Below, piece by piece: positions 54,324 to 63,408 of a DNA stretch of 64,000 nucleotides (position 1 is the first letter of the stretch; the number at the start of each line of letters is the position of its first letter). The stretch comes from a virus. The DNA lies in IMG/VR virus record IMGVR_UViG_3300037518_000322, positions 32,001 through 96,000 of that record; one strand, written 5' to 3'. Below the pieces are notes generated by a model, which was not told the DNA's origin, made no database searches, and saw nothing but the letters and a program-made list of their open reading frames with translations. The position numbers and the translations under genes are program-made.

Positions 54324-57300
54324 TCACTGTCGGTCTTCCTCGGATCTGTGTCGGGTGGGGTTGATGGTGGGGGTCAGGGTACGGAGGATCGAGTTGACGC
54401 TGCTGCGTACTTCGTCCGCATGCCGGGTGGGCCCCGTTCCGTTACGTGGCGGCGGGACCGACTCGACGATGGTCTTTGGCGGTTCGGGATCCGGGAAGGT
54501 CTGCTGCCCGGTGGGCTCGGGCTTCTTCTCGGACTCCTCCTTTGCTCGCTCCTGCTGGTCCCTCTCCGCGCGTATGTCGGGGTGGTCGGCGAGCAGGCCG
54601 ATGCCCCGGTAGATGGGTACGAGCTTGCCGTCGATGCGTTTCTTCTGGTCCTTGGCCTTGATGGTGGGGACCATGCCGAGGAGCTTGGTGGTGAAGGACT
54701 CCCGGGTGTCAGCCACTTGGCGGCCGTGGCTCCGGTTCCAGAGGGTCCACATCTCCCGAAGACGTTCTTTGGAGACCCACTTGTCGTCGCCGAGGACACA
54801 TGCTTCCGCGATGAAGCCCTTCTGGGGCGCGGAGCGGTCGCGCTGGGCACCAACGATCTCAGGCGTGGCACTGTTGACTGTGAAGTGACGCTGGACGGCG
54901 AGTCGATCCAGGCCGTCGAGCGCCCAGTTCAGGATGCCGGGGAGTTCAGTGGCGAGACGGTCGGCCAGTCCGGTGTCCTCGTTGTTCAGGTATGAGGTGA
55001 CGGTGGTGGCGACGAGCCATCGTGTGGGCAGCACGCCCGCGCTGTCCGCCCAGTTGGGGATGTCGTTGGTCAGGAGCATGAGGCGGGCGGGGATCTTTCC
55101 CTGCCATGGCCGCTGGTACTTGCGGTCGACCTGGATGGTGTCCTCACCGATGATCGACAGGAGCCGTTCGGTGATCACCTCCGTGCCCTTCTTCGGCAGT
55201 CGTGCGTCGCCGATGACGGCCAGTGTCTTGTCGGTGAGGGCCCACATGCCGAACTGCTCGGTGAGCGAGTTCAGGGTGGGACCGGCGCAGTTCAGCCAGC
55301 CCGCCATCATCTGGAGTATGCGGGCGATGGTGCCCTTGCCGGAACGTTCCGGGCCCTGGAGCATAAGGGCCTTCTGGAGGTCGGTGCGTCCGGACAGGAC
55401 GTAGCCGAACCACTCCTGGATCATGTCGATGGAGGTCGGGTCGTGTGCGAACGTCTCTTCGAGCCACGTGGCCCACTGGGGGCAGGTGGCCGTCCCGTCG
55501 TATCCGAACGGCACGCTGGAGAAGGTGAAGTACGCCGGGTCGGCGGGTGCGAGTTCGCGGCCGGTGACGCGGAGGAGGCCGTTGGTGCAGGAGATGGCCA
55601 GGTCGTGGACTCCCTCTCCTACCATGGTGTTCTGCTTTGTGTCGTCGCGGAGGTTGACGGCGGCACGTAGTGCCTTGTCGAGGTTGGTGATGCTGGAGTT
55701 CGCCGGGTTCCATGGTTCGTCGACGAGGTTGCCGTCGACCTTCTTGGTCATGTATGCGGCGTCCATCCGCTGGTACAGCCAGGATGTGACGTCGGCGTCG
55801 GACATGGTGCCCCAGCAGGATCCGTTCCATCTCACCCAGATGTCCTGCCAGCGCATGAGGGTGGGCTTGCCGCCGTGGAGGAAGAACGTGTCGCGTAGCT
55901 GGGTGGCCACGGTGTAGGGCTTCTTGTCGCTGGATGCTCGGAACTTCCCGACGATTTCGGGCAGGCGGGTGTCGGTGAGCGGGTCGGCCGGTTCGGGAAG
56001 CGGGTCAGAATCGTCTCGGTTTGCAGCGATCTCCACGGCAGGGGTCTCCTGCGACGCGGATTCCGGCTCGGACGTGGGTGTGGTGGTGTCCGGGTCGGTG
56101 ACGTGTCCGTCCTCGGTGGCCTCTCCTGCCCACATGTCGACCTGTTCGGCGCTCTGCTCGGCACGGAGCCTCACGGTCCATGTGTACGGCCGCTGGAGGC
56201 CCTGTGAGGCGCTGCGAACGGTGGCCGTGACTTCGGATTCGTCGAGGCCGGAGGTGAGGGCGGCGGCGGTGAACTCGCGCTCCACTTCGGCGGGGTCGAG
56301 CTGCCCGGCTCCGGCGTACTGGTAGCACATGTAGGCGAGCCGGTTGAGGGCGTTGTTCCGCTCGAATGTCGTGGCCCGCATCTCGTCGAGGAGCTGGTTC
56401 ATGCGGGCGCGGGCGTCGGAAGCGGGGGCGTGGTCGCTGACGTACGAGGAGCGTGTGGGGCGGGGCGGGGCGGGGCAGGTCTCTTCGAGCTCGTCCAGGG
56501 TGTAGCGGAGGCCGGTGGACATGAAGCCGGTGGCGCGGCGTTTGTTCCAGTCTTTTGCGTTGACGGTGCCGGGGATACGCAGGACGCGGGAGAGGTCGGA
56601 CACGCCGGTGCCGTAGCTGAAGCCCTGCTTCTCGGCGGCGATTTTGACCTGGGCCTGCCAGCGGCGGGAGAGGGCTGCGACCCTCATGCGGGTCGCAGGG
56701 TCCGTGACGTCGAGGGGGTCGGCCAGCTTGACGATGTGGTAGAGGCCGCCGCCGGAGTTCACCGTGATCGAGGCGGGCAGGAGTCCGGAGGCGTCGTAGA
56801 CCGCCTGTGCGGCAGCCGCATCACGGGGAAGGTTGCCACCCTTGTGACCGGTGGTGCCGAAGTCGAGGTCGGTCCATAGCCCGATGAAGTGGGAGGACAT
56901 GGCGGCGGTGCCACGATCCCCCCTGGAGGTGTCCGGCATGGTCGCCAGTGTGGTGATGCGGGCGTAAACGCCCTGCTGGCCTTCGAGGTTGCCGCTCACC
57001 TCGATGTGATCGATGGCCTGCTCGATACCGTCCGTGTCCGTGGAGAAAAACCGACCCGATCCCTTGCGGGGAGTGGTCCACATCTGAAGCAGACCGGGCA
57101 CACCGTTGTACATTTCGGTCAAATAGGAGCGGACCGTTTCCCGGTCGACGCTCCGGGCAGAGCTCTCCAGGCCTCGCCAGCCAGCTTTTGTACCGTTGGA
57201 GTTGACAACTCGGCTCGTCTCCGCCGAAGATGGTTCTCGTCGCGAGTTGACATCACGTGACGATGCAGAAGAAGCTGGCAGGTTTATCCTGCTAACATCA

Positions 57301-57368
57301 GAAACGTCGTCATACGTCGTCACGGACGATCTCCTTGCTGCTGGTGCTGTACTCCTTGCGGAGGCCAC
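54324..57368 (-). CDS. primase-helicase (RepB'-like primase + D5/P4 SF3 helicase); start uncertain
   Basis: WTDLD, SGGGLYH, DLSRVLRIPGT; GPERSGKGT; ELPGILNWAL. Confidence 0.85.
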   Translation of the reverse strand: MASARSTAPAARRSSVTTYDDVSDVSRINLPASSASSRDVNSRREPSSAETSRVVNSNGTKAGWRGLESSARSVDRETVRSYLTEMYNGVPGLLQMWTTPRKGSGRFFSTDTDGIEQAIDHIEVSGNLEGQQGVYARITTLATMPDTSRGDRGTAAMSSHFIGLWTDLDFGTTGHKGGNLPRDAAAAQAVYDASGLLPASITVNSGGGLYHIVKLADPLDVTDPATRMRVAALSRRWQAQVKIAAEKQGFSYGTGVSDLSRVLRIPGTVNAKDWNKRRATGFMSTGLRYTLDELEETCPAPPRPTRSSYVSDHAPASDARARMNQLLDEMRATTFERNNALNRLAYMCYQYAGAGQLDPAEVEREFTAAALTSGLDESEVTATVRSASQGLQRPYTWTVRLRAEQSAEQVDMWAGEATEDGHVTDPDTTTPTSEPESASQETPAVEIAANRDDSDPLPEPADPLTDTRLPEIVGKFRASSDKKPYTVATQLRDTFFLHGGKPTLMRWQDIWVRWNGSCWGTMSDADVTSWLYQRMDAAYMTKKVDGNLVDEPWNPANSSITNLDKALRAAVNLRDDTKQNTMVGEGVHDLAISCTNGLLRVTGRELAPADPAYFTFSSVPFGYDGTATCPQWATWLEETFAHDPTSIDMIQEWFGYVLSGRTDLQKALMLQGPERSGKGTIARILQMMAGWLNCAGPTLNSLTEQFGMWALTDKTLAVIGDARLPKKGTEVITERLLSIIGEDTIQVDRKYQRPWQGKIPARLMLLTNDIPNWADSAGVLPTRWLVATTVTSYLNNEDTGLADRLATELPGILNWALDGLDRLAVQRHFTVNSATPEIVGAQRDRSAPQKGFIAEACVLGDDKWVSKERLREMWTLWNRSHGRQVADTRESFTTKLLGMVPTIKAKDQKKRIDGKLVPIYRGIGLLADHPDIRAERDQQERAKEESEKKPEPTGQQTFPDPEPPKTIVESVPPPRNGTGPTRHADEVRSSVNSILRTLTPTINPTRHRSEEDRQ

Positions 57369-57601
57369 TGCTCGGAGCCGTCGAGTTCTCTGCTCCCGCC
57401 CTGCGGCGCGGGGCGGCAGGTGTGGAGAGGTGGTTCATCGAGCGGTACGTTGGTGGAGACAACGCGGGATCTTCTTTCTCCCAGGGGTGAGCCCGGTGCC
57501 TAGGAACACCGGAACTCGAATACTAACCCTTTGGGGACCTGCGTGTCAGGGGCGGTCAGGAGTCACAGACTCCCGGGCCGCCCCTAACGTTTGTCCGCCC
57601 G

Positions 57602-57940
57602 TCAGTTGTCCACGGGGCGCATCGGGATGGGCGCACCGGCAAGGAGTTCACGCTCGAACTCCTTGCCCAGGACCGTGGTCAGCAGGTACCGGCCCCCGTC
57701 ATCGCGGGCGTTGACCGTGCCCAGCCAGGGCTCCGGCCGGTGAAGGTCGGACTCCCCCTCGATGAGCGCCCTCAGGGCCTGCGAGGCCTGCCACAGGCCC
57801 GTCGTCAGCTCCCCCCTCCGGTAGTCGGCCGGGGTGCCCGGGTCGGCGTGCTTGTCCTCCCACCGCTCGACGGCGGCCAGGATCCGCTCCACCAGGAAGC
57901 GCATCGCCTTCATCTTGCGGCGCGGCATGTTCTTCTGCAT
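57602..57940 (-). CDS. hypothetical protein
   Basis: GACAAGGAAGG upstream. Confidence 0.55.
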   Translation of the reverse strand: MQKNMPRRKMKAMRFLVERILAAVERWEDKHADPGTPADYRRGELTTGLWQASQALRALIEGESDLHRPEPWLGTVNARDDGGRYLLTTVLGKEFERELLAGAPIPMRPVDN

Positions 57941-58015
57941 GGACGTAAACGTCCTTCCTTGTCGGTCGACGGCGCCCCCGTATCAGGGCGCCGTCTGGTT
58001 AAACTTGACTAGCCA

Positions 58016-58249
58016 TCACACCGTGCCGTCCATGAGCGGGGCTGCGGCACGCATGGCGGCCTTCAGCTCGCGGTTGCCTGCCAGCCTCATATCCAGGCCG
58101 TTGCCTGTGAGCCACCACCCGGGCGCGGTGCCCAGGTAGTGGCTGCGGTAGCGGTACTGGAGCCGGTAGGCAAGCACCGGCTCGGTCACCCACAGCATGC
58201 CCGGGACTTCGCAGTACCAGGCGTAGCCCCCGACACGCATCATGCTCAT
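58016..58249 (-). CDS. hypothetical protein
   Basis: AAGGAG RBS. Confidence 0.5.
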   Translation of the reverse strand: MSMMRVGGYAWYCEVPGMLWVTEPVLAYRLQYRYRSHYLGTAPGWWLTGNGLDMRLAGNRELKAAMRAAAPLMDGTV

Positions 58250-58264
58250 GCTTCTACTCCTTCC

Positions 58265-58684
58265 TCAGGGGTTGGGCATCTTGACCAGCGAGTCATCTGA
58301 CTTGCGGTGGTAGTGCTTGGTGCCCTTCTCGCAGGCTGGGCAGTCCGTGTAGCCATCCACCGACTTCGGGCTCATGATGTCGATCACGCCACCGTGCTCG
58401 ACCTCCTCGTAGGGGTCGACCTCGCGCACCGACCAGACGACACCCGGCCCGTGGACGTCCCGGCCCTTGCGCATCTGCTCCCAACGGGAGTACAGGTCAC
58501 CGGCCTTGGTGTGCAGGAGCATCTCGTCGTTGAAGTCGAGCAGCTCGTCCAGCTTCTTGCACTCATCGCCAGCCGAGTTCGTGGCCGTACCCATGGTGCT
58601 AAACCGACACGTCCATGTCTGCGGTGTACAGAGCAACTGGTGGATCTGCTGTCGAGGTGGGGTGATCACCTTCGGGACACTCAC
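58265..58684 (-). CDS. hypothetical protein coupled to parA (not ParB-like)
   Basis: GTGA overlap with the parA stop; no GxRR Arg patch; C-terminal CPAC..H.H. Confidence 0.6.
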   Translation of the reverse strand: MSVPKVITPPRQQIHQLLCTPQTWTCRFSTMGTATNSAGDECKKLDELLDFNDEMLLHTKAGDLYSRWEQMRKGRDVHGPGVVWSVREVDPYEEVEHGGVIDIMSPKSVDGYTDCPACEKGTKHYHRKSDDSLVKMPNP

Positions 58685-59493
58685 TTCGCGCCCCTCTCCG
58701 CCAGCTCCTTCGCGGCCTCCTTGTAGGCCAGGGCGCCGTTGTTGGACGGCTCGTAGGTGATGACCGTCTGCTGATGGCTGGGCGCCTCGCTCACCCGGAC
58801 CGACCGGGGGATCTGAGTCTTCAAGACCTGCTCCGGGAAGTACTTACGCACCTCGTCGGCGACCTGCTTGGACAGGCTGGTCGAGCCGTTGAACATGGTG
58901 AGCAGCACCGTGGAGATCCGCAGCCGGTCGTTCAGCTCCTCCTGGACCACCAGCTCGATGGTCTTCATGAGCTGCCCGACACCCTCCAGTGCGTAGTACT
59001 CGCACTGGATCGGGATGAGCACCTCGTCACCGGCGGTCATGGCGTTGATGGTGAGCAGGCCGAGCGAGGGCGGGCAGTCGATGAGGATGTAGTCGAATCC
59101 CATGCTGGACTGGCCGATCGCCCTGGCCAGGCGCCCCTCGCGGGACACCATGGACACCAGCTCGATCTCCGCACCGGCGAGATCGATCGTGGCGGGCGCG
59201 CAGTACAGGTTTGGGATCCTGGGGCACTTCTGGATGGCGTCGTCCAGCGGCTTGCTGTCGATCAGCACGTCGTAGATGGAGAGGATGCCCTCGCTGTGAT
59301 GGTCGATGCCCAGCGCAGTGGAGGCATTGCCCTGAGGATCGAGGTCGACCACCAGGACCCGGCTGCCGTGCAGAGCGAGGGAGGCGGCAAGGTTGACCGT
59401 GGTCGTGGTCTTGCCCACCCCGCCCTTCTGGTTGGCGACCACGATCACGCGGGTCTGGTCCGGGAGGGGGAAGCTGCTGATGCTGGTCGTCAT
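58681..59493 (-). CDS. parA: chromosomal-type ParA/Soj ATPase
   Basis: ANQKGGVGKTTT, DLDPQGNAS, LAGAEIEL, IDCPPSLGLLT, PIQCEYYALEG, IPRSVRVSEAPS. Confidence 0.93.
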   Translation of the reverse strand: MTTSISSFPLPDQTRVIVVANQKGGVGKTTTTVNLAASLALHGSRVLVVDLDPQGNASTALGIDHHSEGILSIYDVLIDSKPLDDAIQKCPRIPNLYCAPATIDLAGAEIELVSMVSREGRLARAIGQSSMGFDYILIDCPPSLGLLTINAMTAGDEVLIPIQCEYYALEGVGQLMKTIELVVQEELNDRLRISTVLLTMFNGSTSLSKQVADEVRKYFPEQVLKTQIPRSVRVSEAPSHQQTVITYEPSNNGALAYKEAAKELAERGAK

Positions 59494-59513
59494 CGTGTCT
59501 CCTTCGTGTGACG

Positions 59514-59675
59514 TCACTTGGTCGTGCCGGTGAGGAAGTTCCAGAACTCCTCGGGGTCTCCCTGGTCGCCTTCGTACTCGCGCCAGGCCACCCGGATGGT
59601 GGCCTGGAGCATGGCGACCTGGACAACCGGCATGTCGGCGGGCGGCTTGATGACGTTGGAGAGCGGTTCGTACAT
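59514..59675 (-). CDS. small hypothetical protein (may start at GTG 59720)
   Basis: GAAGG RBS before ATG 59675; the alternative GTGA-coupled start would include a parS site. Confidence 0.5.
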   Translation of the reverse strand: MYEPLSNVIKPPADMPVVQVAMLQATIRVAWREYEGDQGDPEEFWNFLTGTTK

Positions 59676-59716
59676 GGTCAACTGCCTTCGGTGCGTCGAT
59701 GTTTCACGTGGAACAT

Positions 59717-60031
59717 TCACCCGCCCTGGGCTTCGCGCGCCTGCTTACGCTCGGCGTAGATCTGTTGGGCGGTGGTGCTGCCTTGCACAAAGGTCTGCAA
59801 GTACTTCCGTGCTGCTGGCGTCTTGTAGTTCATCTGGTGGGTCTTGAAGATGTCGAGCGCCAACTCGACGGCCTCTGTGGACATCTCGGTGACCCACGAG
59901 TAATCCCGCCTGTGCACCTTGTGCAGTGCAACGACGAGGGACTTCAATTGCCGGTCCCGTACGGCCACGCCGGGGGCGGTCGCGTTGAGCAGCACTTGCA
60001 TCTGTCCGGGGGTCAGGTCGATCTCTTCCAT
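59717..60031 (-). CDS. hypothetical protein
   Basis: AAGGAG RBS; flanked by parS sites. Confidence 0.6.
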   Translation of the reverse strand: MEEIDLTPGQMQVLLNATAPGVAVRDRQLKSLVVALHKVHRRDYSWVTEMSTEAVELALDIFKTHQMNYKTPAARKYLQTFVQGSTTAQQIYAERKQAREAQGG

Positions 60032-60074
60032 GGGGTCTCCTTAGGTGGATGTTTCACGTGGAACATTGCGGGGG

Positions 60075-60350
60075 TCAGCCCTTTGGGCCGCTACGTGCAG
60101 CCTCGATCGTCCACTCATGTGCGAGCAGGGACCAGGCCGACTCGGTCGTGGTGTAAAAGGATCCGTCAGGGCCCTTGATCCTGCACGACAGCGGTCCGTC
60201 GTACGACATGGCGACGAGTCCTCGTGCCACAACGACGGGCAGGCCATCGTCCCCGCCGTCGGCGTCGTATCCCCACACTTTCACGGGCTGCGGCTTCGTC
60301 ACGTCACGCGCGATGCTGCGCTTGCGTGGGGTGCTCATGCTGTATGGCAT
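60075..60350 (-). CDS. hypothetical protein
   Basis: AAAGGA RBS; flanked by parS sites. Confidence 0.55.
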   Translation of the reverse strand: MPYSMSTPRKRSIARDVTKPQPVKVWGYDADGGDDGLPVVVARGLVAMSYDGPLSCRIKGPDGSFYTTTESAWSLLAHEWTIEAARSGPKG

Positions 60351-60405
60351 CTCGGGCTGTCCTTTCAGTGATGGTGGATGTTTCACGTGGAACATGTCGC
60401 CAGGG

Positions 60406-61599
60406 TCAGAAGTCCCAGCCATCCTCGCGGGACTGCTGGCGCTCCCGCTCTGCGATCTCACGGGACTTGGTGGTGCCGAGGTTGGCGCGGCGGATGTCCT
60501 TGTGACTGGACGGGTCGCCGTGCTGCGGGTCGACGGGGATGATCTGCGTGCCGGGCTCGTAGTCCACGTCGTCGAGCTTGTCGAGCTTGGTCCAGTATGG
60601 GTCGAGCCACTTCACATCCCACTTGGACTTGCGGGGCCCGAACCAGATCGTCTTGTAGTGGCCGCACCGTTGCTGTGGGTCCTGCTCGGCGCCGGTGGGG
60701 ATGGACACCCCGTCACGGATCCGGCCAGCCATCCGCTCCCGGCGGGCATGGAGCTTGGGCCCGATGCGCCAGCCGACCTGAATGTAGAACGGGTCACGGG
60801 AGGGAGCCTGACGCTGTTTCCCCCTGGCCGGTGCGGGCGGTGGTTCCTGGATGTCCGCGTTGCTACAGCACAGGTAGGTGAGCAGCGACAGTGCGCCGGG
60901 GATGACCTGCTTGATGATGCGTCGTTGCTGCTTGGACCCGTCGCTCACGCCATGGAACTCGTTGGTGTGTGCGATGACATCGTCGAAGGTGAAGGGGCCA
61001 GTCATGGATGGCAGTGGGAAGACCGGCGTGAGGACATCGTGATACGTGGGCGTCGCCGGGTTCGTGTCGATCCACGGAACGATGCATAGCCCCTCCGACC
61101 GTGGGTCTGTCGTCGGGCAGAAGGCCCTGCCGATGCGGCCGGTCAGGAAGATAGCCCTGACCAGTCCTTGATCTCCGTCCGAGAAGTTCATCGGCCATGC
61201 ACGCGGCAGGGGAATCATGGGGCTGATGTAGGGGAGCCGGGAGAACAGCTCGCCGGGCAGCTTCCCCTTCAGGTCCGTCCGGTACAGGCTGTTGGCCATC
61301 TCCAGGTGCACGTCGAAGGCCACCCGGCCCTGACGCCGCCACAGATCGATGACGGCGTGCGATGCCGCCCGGTCGAGCAGGGTGGTCAGCTTCTCCGTGC
61401 CGTACGTACGCTCGAAGGCCTTGTTCCAGGTCGGAGTAATGCCCCGCCGCATCCTGACCGCATTCCCGATGCCGTCGTGCGGCCACGTCTTCAAGTCGGC
61501 GGCCATCATGTTGTCGAGGTCGAGGATCCGCTCGACCGCGTCGTTCGTCCCCGAAGCACGCCGCATCCTCGGCGGCATGCCCTTGCTCTTCTTCCCCAT
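60406..61599 (-). CDS. AcrVA2/FinQ-like protein
   Basis: WR...F....L..T.L.G.LP..L..RLP; LSLLTYLC; VGWRIG; R.GHY..IWFGPR..KWL.P.W. Confidence 0.55.
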   Translation of the reverse strand: MGKKSKGMPPRMRRASGTNDAVERILDLDNMMAADLKTWPHDGIGNAVRMRRGITPTWNKAFERTYGTEKLTTLLDRAASHAVIDLWRRQGRVAFDVHLEMANSLYRTDLKGKLPGELFSRLPYISPMIPLPRAWPMNFSDGDQGLVRAIFLTGRIGRAFCPTTDPRSEGLCIVPWIDTNPATPTYHDVLTPVFPLPSMTGPFTFDDVIAHTNEFHGVSDGSKQQRRIIKQVIPGALSLLTYLCCSNADIQEPPPAPARGKQRQAPSRDPFYIQVGWRIGPKLHARRERMAGRIRDGVSIPTGAEQDPQQRCGHYKTIWFGPRKSKWDVKWLDPYWTKLDKLDDVDYEPGTQIIPVDPQHGDPSSHKDIRRANLGTTKSREIAERERQQSREDGWDF

Positions 61600-61601
61600 G
61601 A

Positions 61602-62093
61602 CTACTCCCCTGTCTCCCCTCTACCGGTCGATGTTTCACGTGGAACATTGACGACCGGACCGCCGTCGGGCACGACACGCACATCGAAGTTCCCGAAGGA
61701 GACGGTGTCGTTCTTGAATGCGGCAGTGAGCTGCGCCCGCACCCAGTCCACGGCTTCCTGAGCATCACGTGCCTGCACGGTGCGTTGAGCAGTGCGCAGT
61801 GCACCACTGTTCACCTGGTAGATCACGTCCACTTGGTGCGTGAACTTGTCCTCGACGGACGGCGATGTTTCACGTGGAACATCGACCGTCTCGTCCTTGA
61901 TGATGATCCGCTGCGTGCGCTGGCCGCTGGCGAACTGCGACGTGATGAGCAGGTCGCCGGTGTCCGGGTCGTTGTCGATGGACAGGATCTCACCGCCGGA
62001 GGTATCGGGGTGGGCGGACAGCTCCCGCCTGATCTTGTTCTGCATCTCGCGGAATGCGTCAACGCTCATGCGTAGCTCCTTGTAGCTGGTCAC
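61602..62093 (-). CDS. hypothetical protein containing two in-frame parS sites (VPRETS)
   Basis: ORF track; VPRETS occurs twice. Confidence 0.6.
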   Translation of the reverse strand: MTSYKELRMSVDAFREMQNKIRRELSAHPDTSGGEILSIDNDPDTGDLLITSQFASGQRTQRIIIKDETVDVPRETSPSVEDKFTHQVDVIYQVNSGALRTAQRTVQARDAQEAVDWVRAQLTAAFKNDTVSFGNFDVRVVPDGGPVVNVPRETSTGRGETGE

Positions 62094-62257
62094 TGGGTCT
62101 CCGATGTTTCACGTGGAACACCGCTGTCGCCTTCATCGTCTTCGTCGTCATCGAACCAGCTCGGCTCGGTCCCCCAAGCACCGCAGTACATGCAGCGGTA
62201 CTTGGGCTGGATGTGATGGTCCTCGGCCCCGACGTGACCCTCTCGTTCGCAGCTCAC
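62090..62257 (-). CDS. small Cys/His protein ending in VPRETS
   Basis: 55 aa VSCEREGH...CMYCG...GVPRETSETQ; GTGA-coupled at both ends. Confidence 0.55.
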   Translation of the reverse strand: MSCEREGHVGAEDHHIQPKYRCMYCGAWGTEPSWFDDDEDDEGDSGVPRETSETQ

Positions 62258-62457
62258 GTCTCGGCCTCGGTGGATGTTTCACGTGGAACATCGGTCTCGG
62301 TCTTCCGCATAACCCAGACCACGTGGCCACAGACCCCGCCGGTGAACAGGTAGGCGTGCCCCGGGGCGCACTCCTGGACGACGAGGTCTTCGGTCTCCCC
62401 ACAGTCATCGACCGGGCAGACGGTGTAACGCAGCTCGGGTGGGATCACATCACTCAT
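62254..62457 (-). CDS. small Zn-ribbon protein ending in VPRETS
   Basis: CPVDDC...CGH; coupled to both neighbours. Confidence 0.55.
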   Translation of the reverse strand: MSDVIPPELRYTVCPVDDCGETEDLVVQECAPGHAYLFTGGVCGHVVWVMRKTETDVPRETSTEAET

Positions 62458-62956
62458 CACTGGCCGCCGATGTTTCACGTGGAACATTGAGCAGCGGGAT
62501 CCCCCGCTCGGTGCGGAACTCGTCGATGGCCTTCTCGCAGCAGACGGGCTCACCGGCGATCGAGTGCGCGTCCTGGTTCACCAACGCGTCGGTGGCCTCG
62601 GTGGCGGTGAGCTCCTCCCACAGCAGGTAGCAGTGTGAGCAGGTGTGCTCCTCGTCGCAGACGATCTCGGCCTTGATGACGTTGCGATGACGGAGCATCC
62701 CCGTCCTGATGACCGCGCAAGCCTTGCGGTAGTCGCCCTCGATGTCGCGGCTGGCGAGGTGGTCGCCCATTGACACGAAGCCGAAGTCCCCGAGGCGACG
62801 TGGGTGAATGACCAGGTCGAACGTCGGGCCCCACAGGTTTCCCTCAAGGGGATCGCCCCATTGGTCCCTGAAGCCGAAGCTGGCGATGGACACATGGGTC
62901 TGCATGGGATTGAACGTGGCGACGACGCGCCAGTTGTCACGGGTGGTCTTCTTCAT
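62450..62956 (-). CDS. hypothetical protein ending in VPRETS
   Basis: GACAAGGAAG upstream; CSHC...CC. Confidence 0.6.
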   Translation of the reverse strand: MKKTTRDNWRVVATFNPMQTHVSIASFGFRDQWGDPLEGNLWGPTFDLVIHPRRLGDFGFVSMGDHLASRDIEGDYRKACAVIRTGMLRHRNVIKAEIVCDEEHTCSHCYLLWEELTATEATDALVNQDAHSIAGEPVCCEKAIDEFRTERGIPLLNVPRETSAASDE

Positions 62957-62991
62957 GGTGTGCTTCCTTGTCGATGTTTCACGTGGAACAT

Positions 62992-63369
62992 TCAGTCGTC
63001 CACGATCTTCAGCCAGTCGTTGATGAGCCGGTCCTCGAAGCCCGCCCGATCGCGCCGGGACTCCCGCGCGTCGCTCTCGCTGAAGGCCGCGACGACCTGC
63101 TTCAGGGCATCAAGCCCTCCGGGATGGATGTCGACGGTCTGGAAGAAGAGCTGCACCTGCGACCGGAGGGTCCGGAGATCCTTCAGCTCGGTCGGGTACT
63201 TCAGCTCGTCGAGTGCGGACCGGCGGCCGATGGCCTTGCCCATGGCGAAGATGCGGTCGAATTCTCCACGACACTCCTGCTCGGTGGCCTCCTCGTCGAG
63301 GATCAGCCTGCTGGCCTGGTCGTACAGATGCTCAGTCTTGAGGTAGTCGGGGACACTGTTGTCGGTCAT
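62992..63369 (-). CDS. hypothetical protein
   Basis: GACAAGGAA upstream; flanked by parS sites. Confidence 0.6.
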   Translation of the reverse strand: MTDNSVPDYLKTEHLYDQASRLILDEEATEQECRGEFDRIFAMGKAIGRRSALDELKYPTELKDLRTLRSQVQLFFQTVDIHPGGLDALKQVVAAFSESDARESRRDRAGFEDRLINDWLKIVDD

Positions 63370-63408
63370 GGGTTTCCTTGTCGGGTGATGTTTCACGTGG
63401 AACATTGC

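Noticed and set aside
57190-57600. Replication origin upstream of the primase-helicase
   Set aside because: Short palindromes are present but no clear iterons or AT-rich unwinding element, so it cannot be supported.
58265-58684. ParB partner of parA
   Set aside because: No ParBc Arg patch (GxRR) or HTH is evident; it is short with a C-terminal Cys/His cluster. An unconventional adaptor role cannot be excluded.
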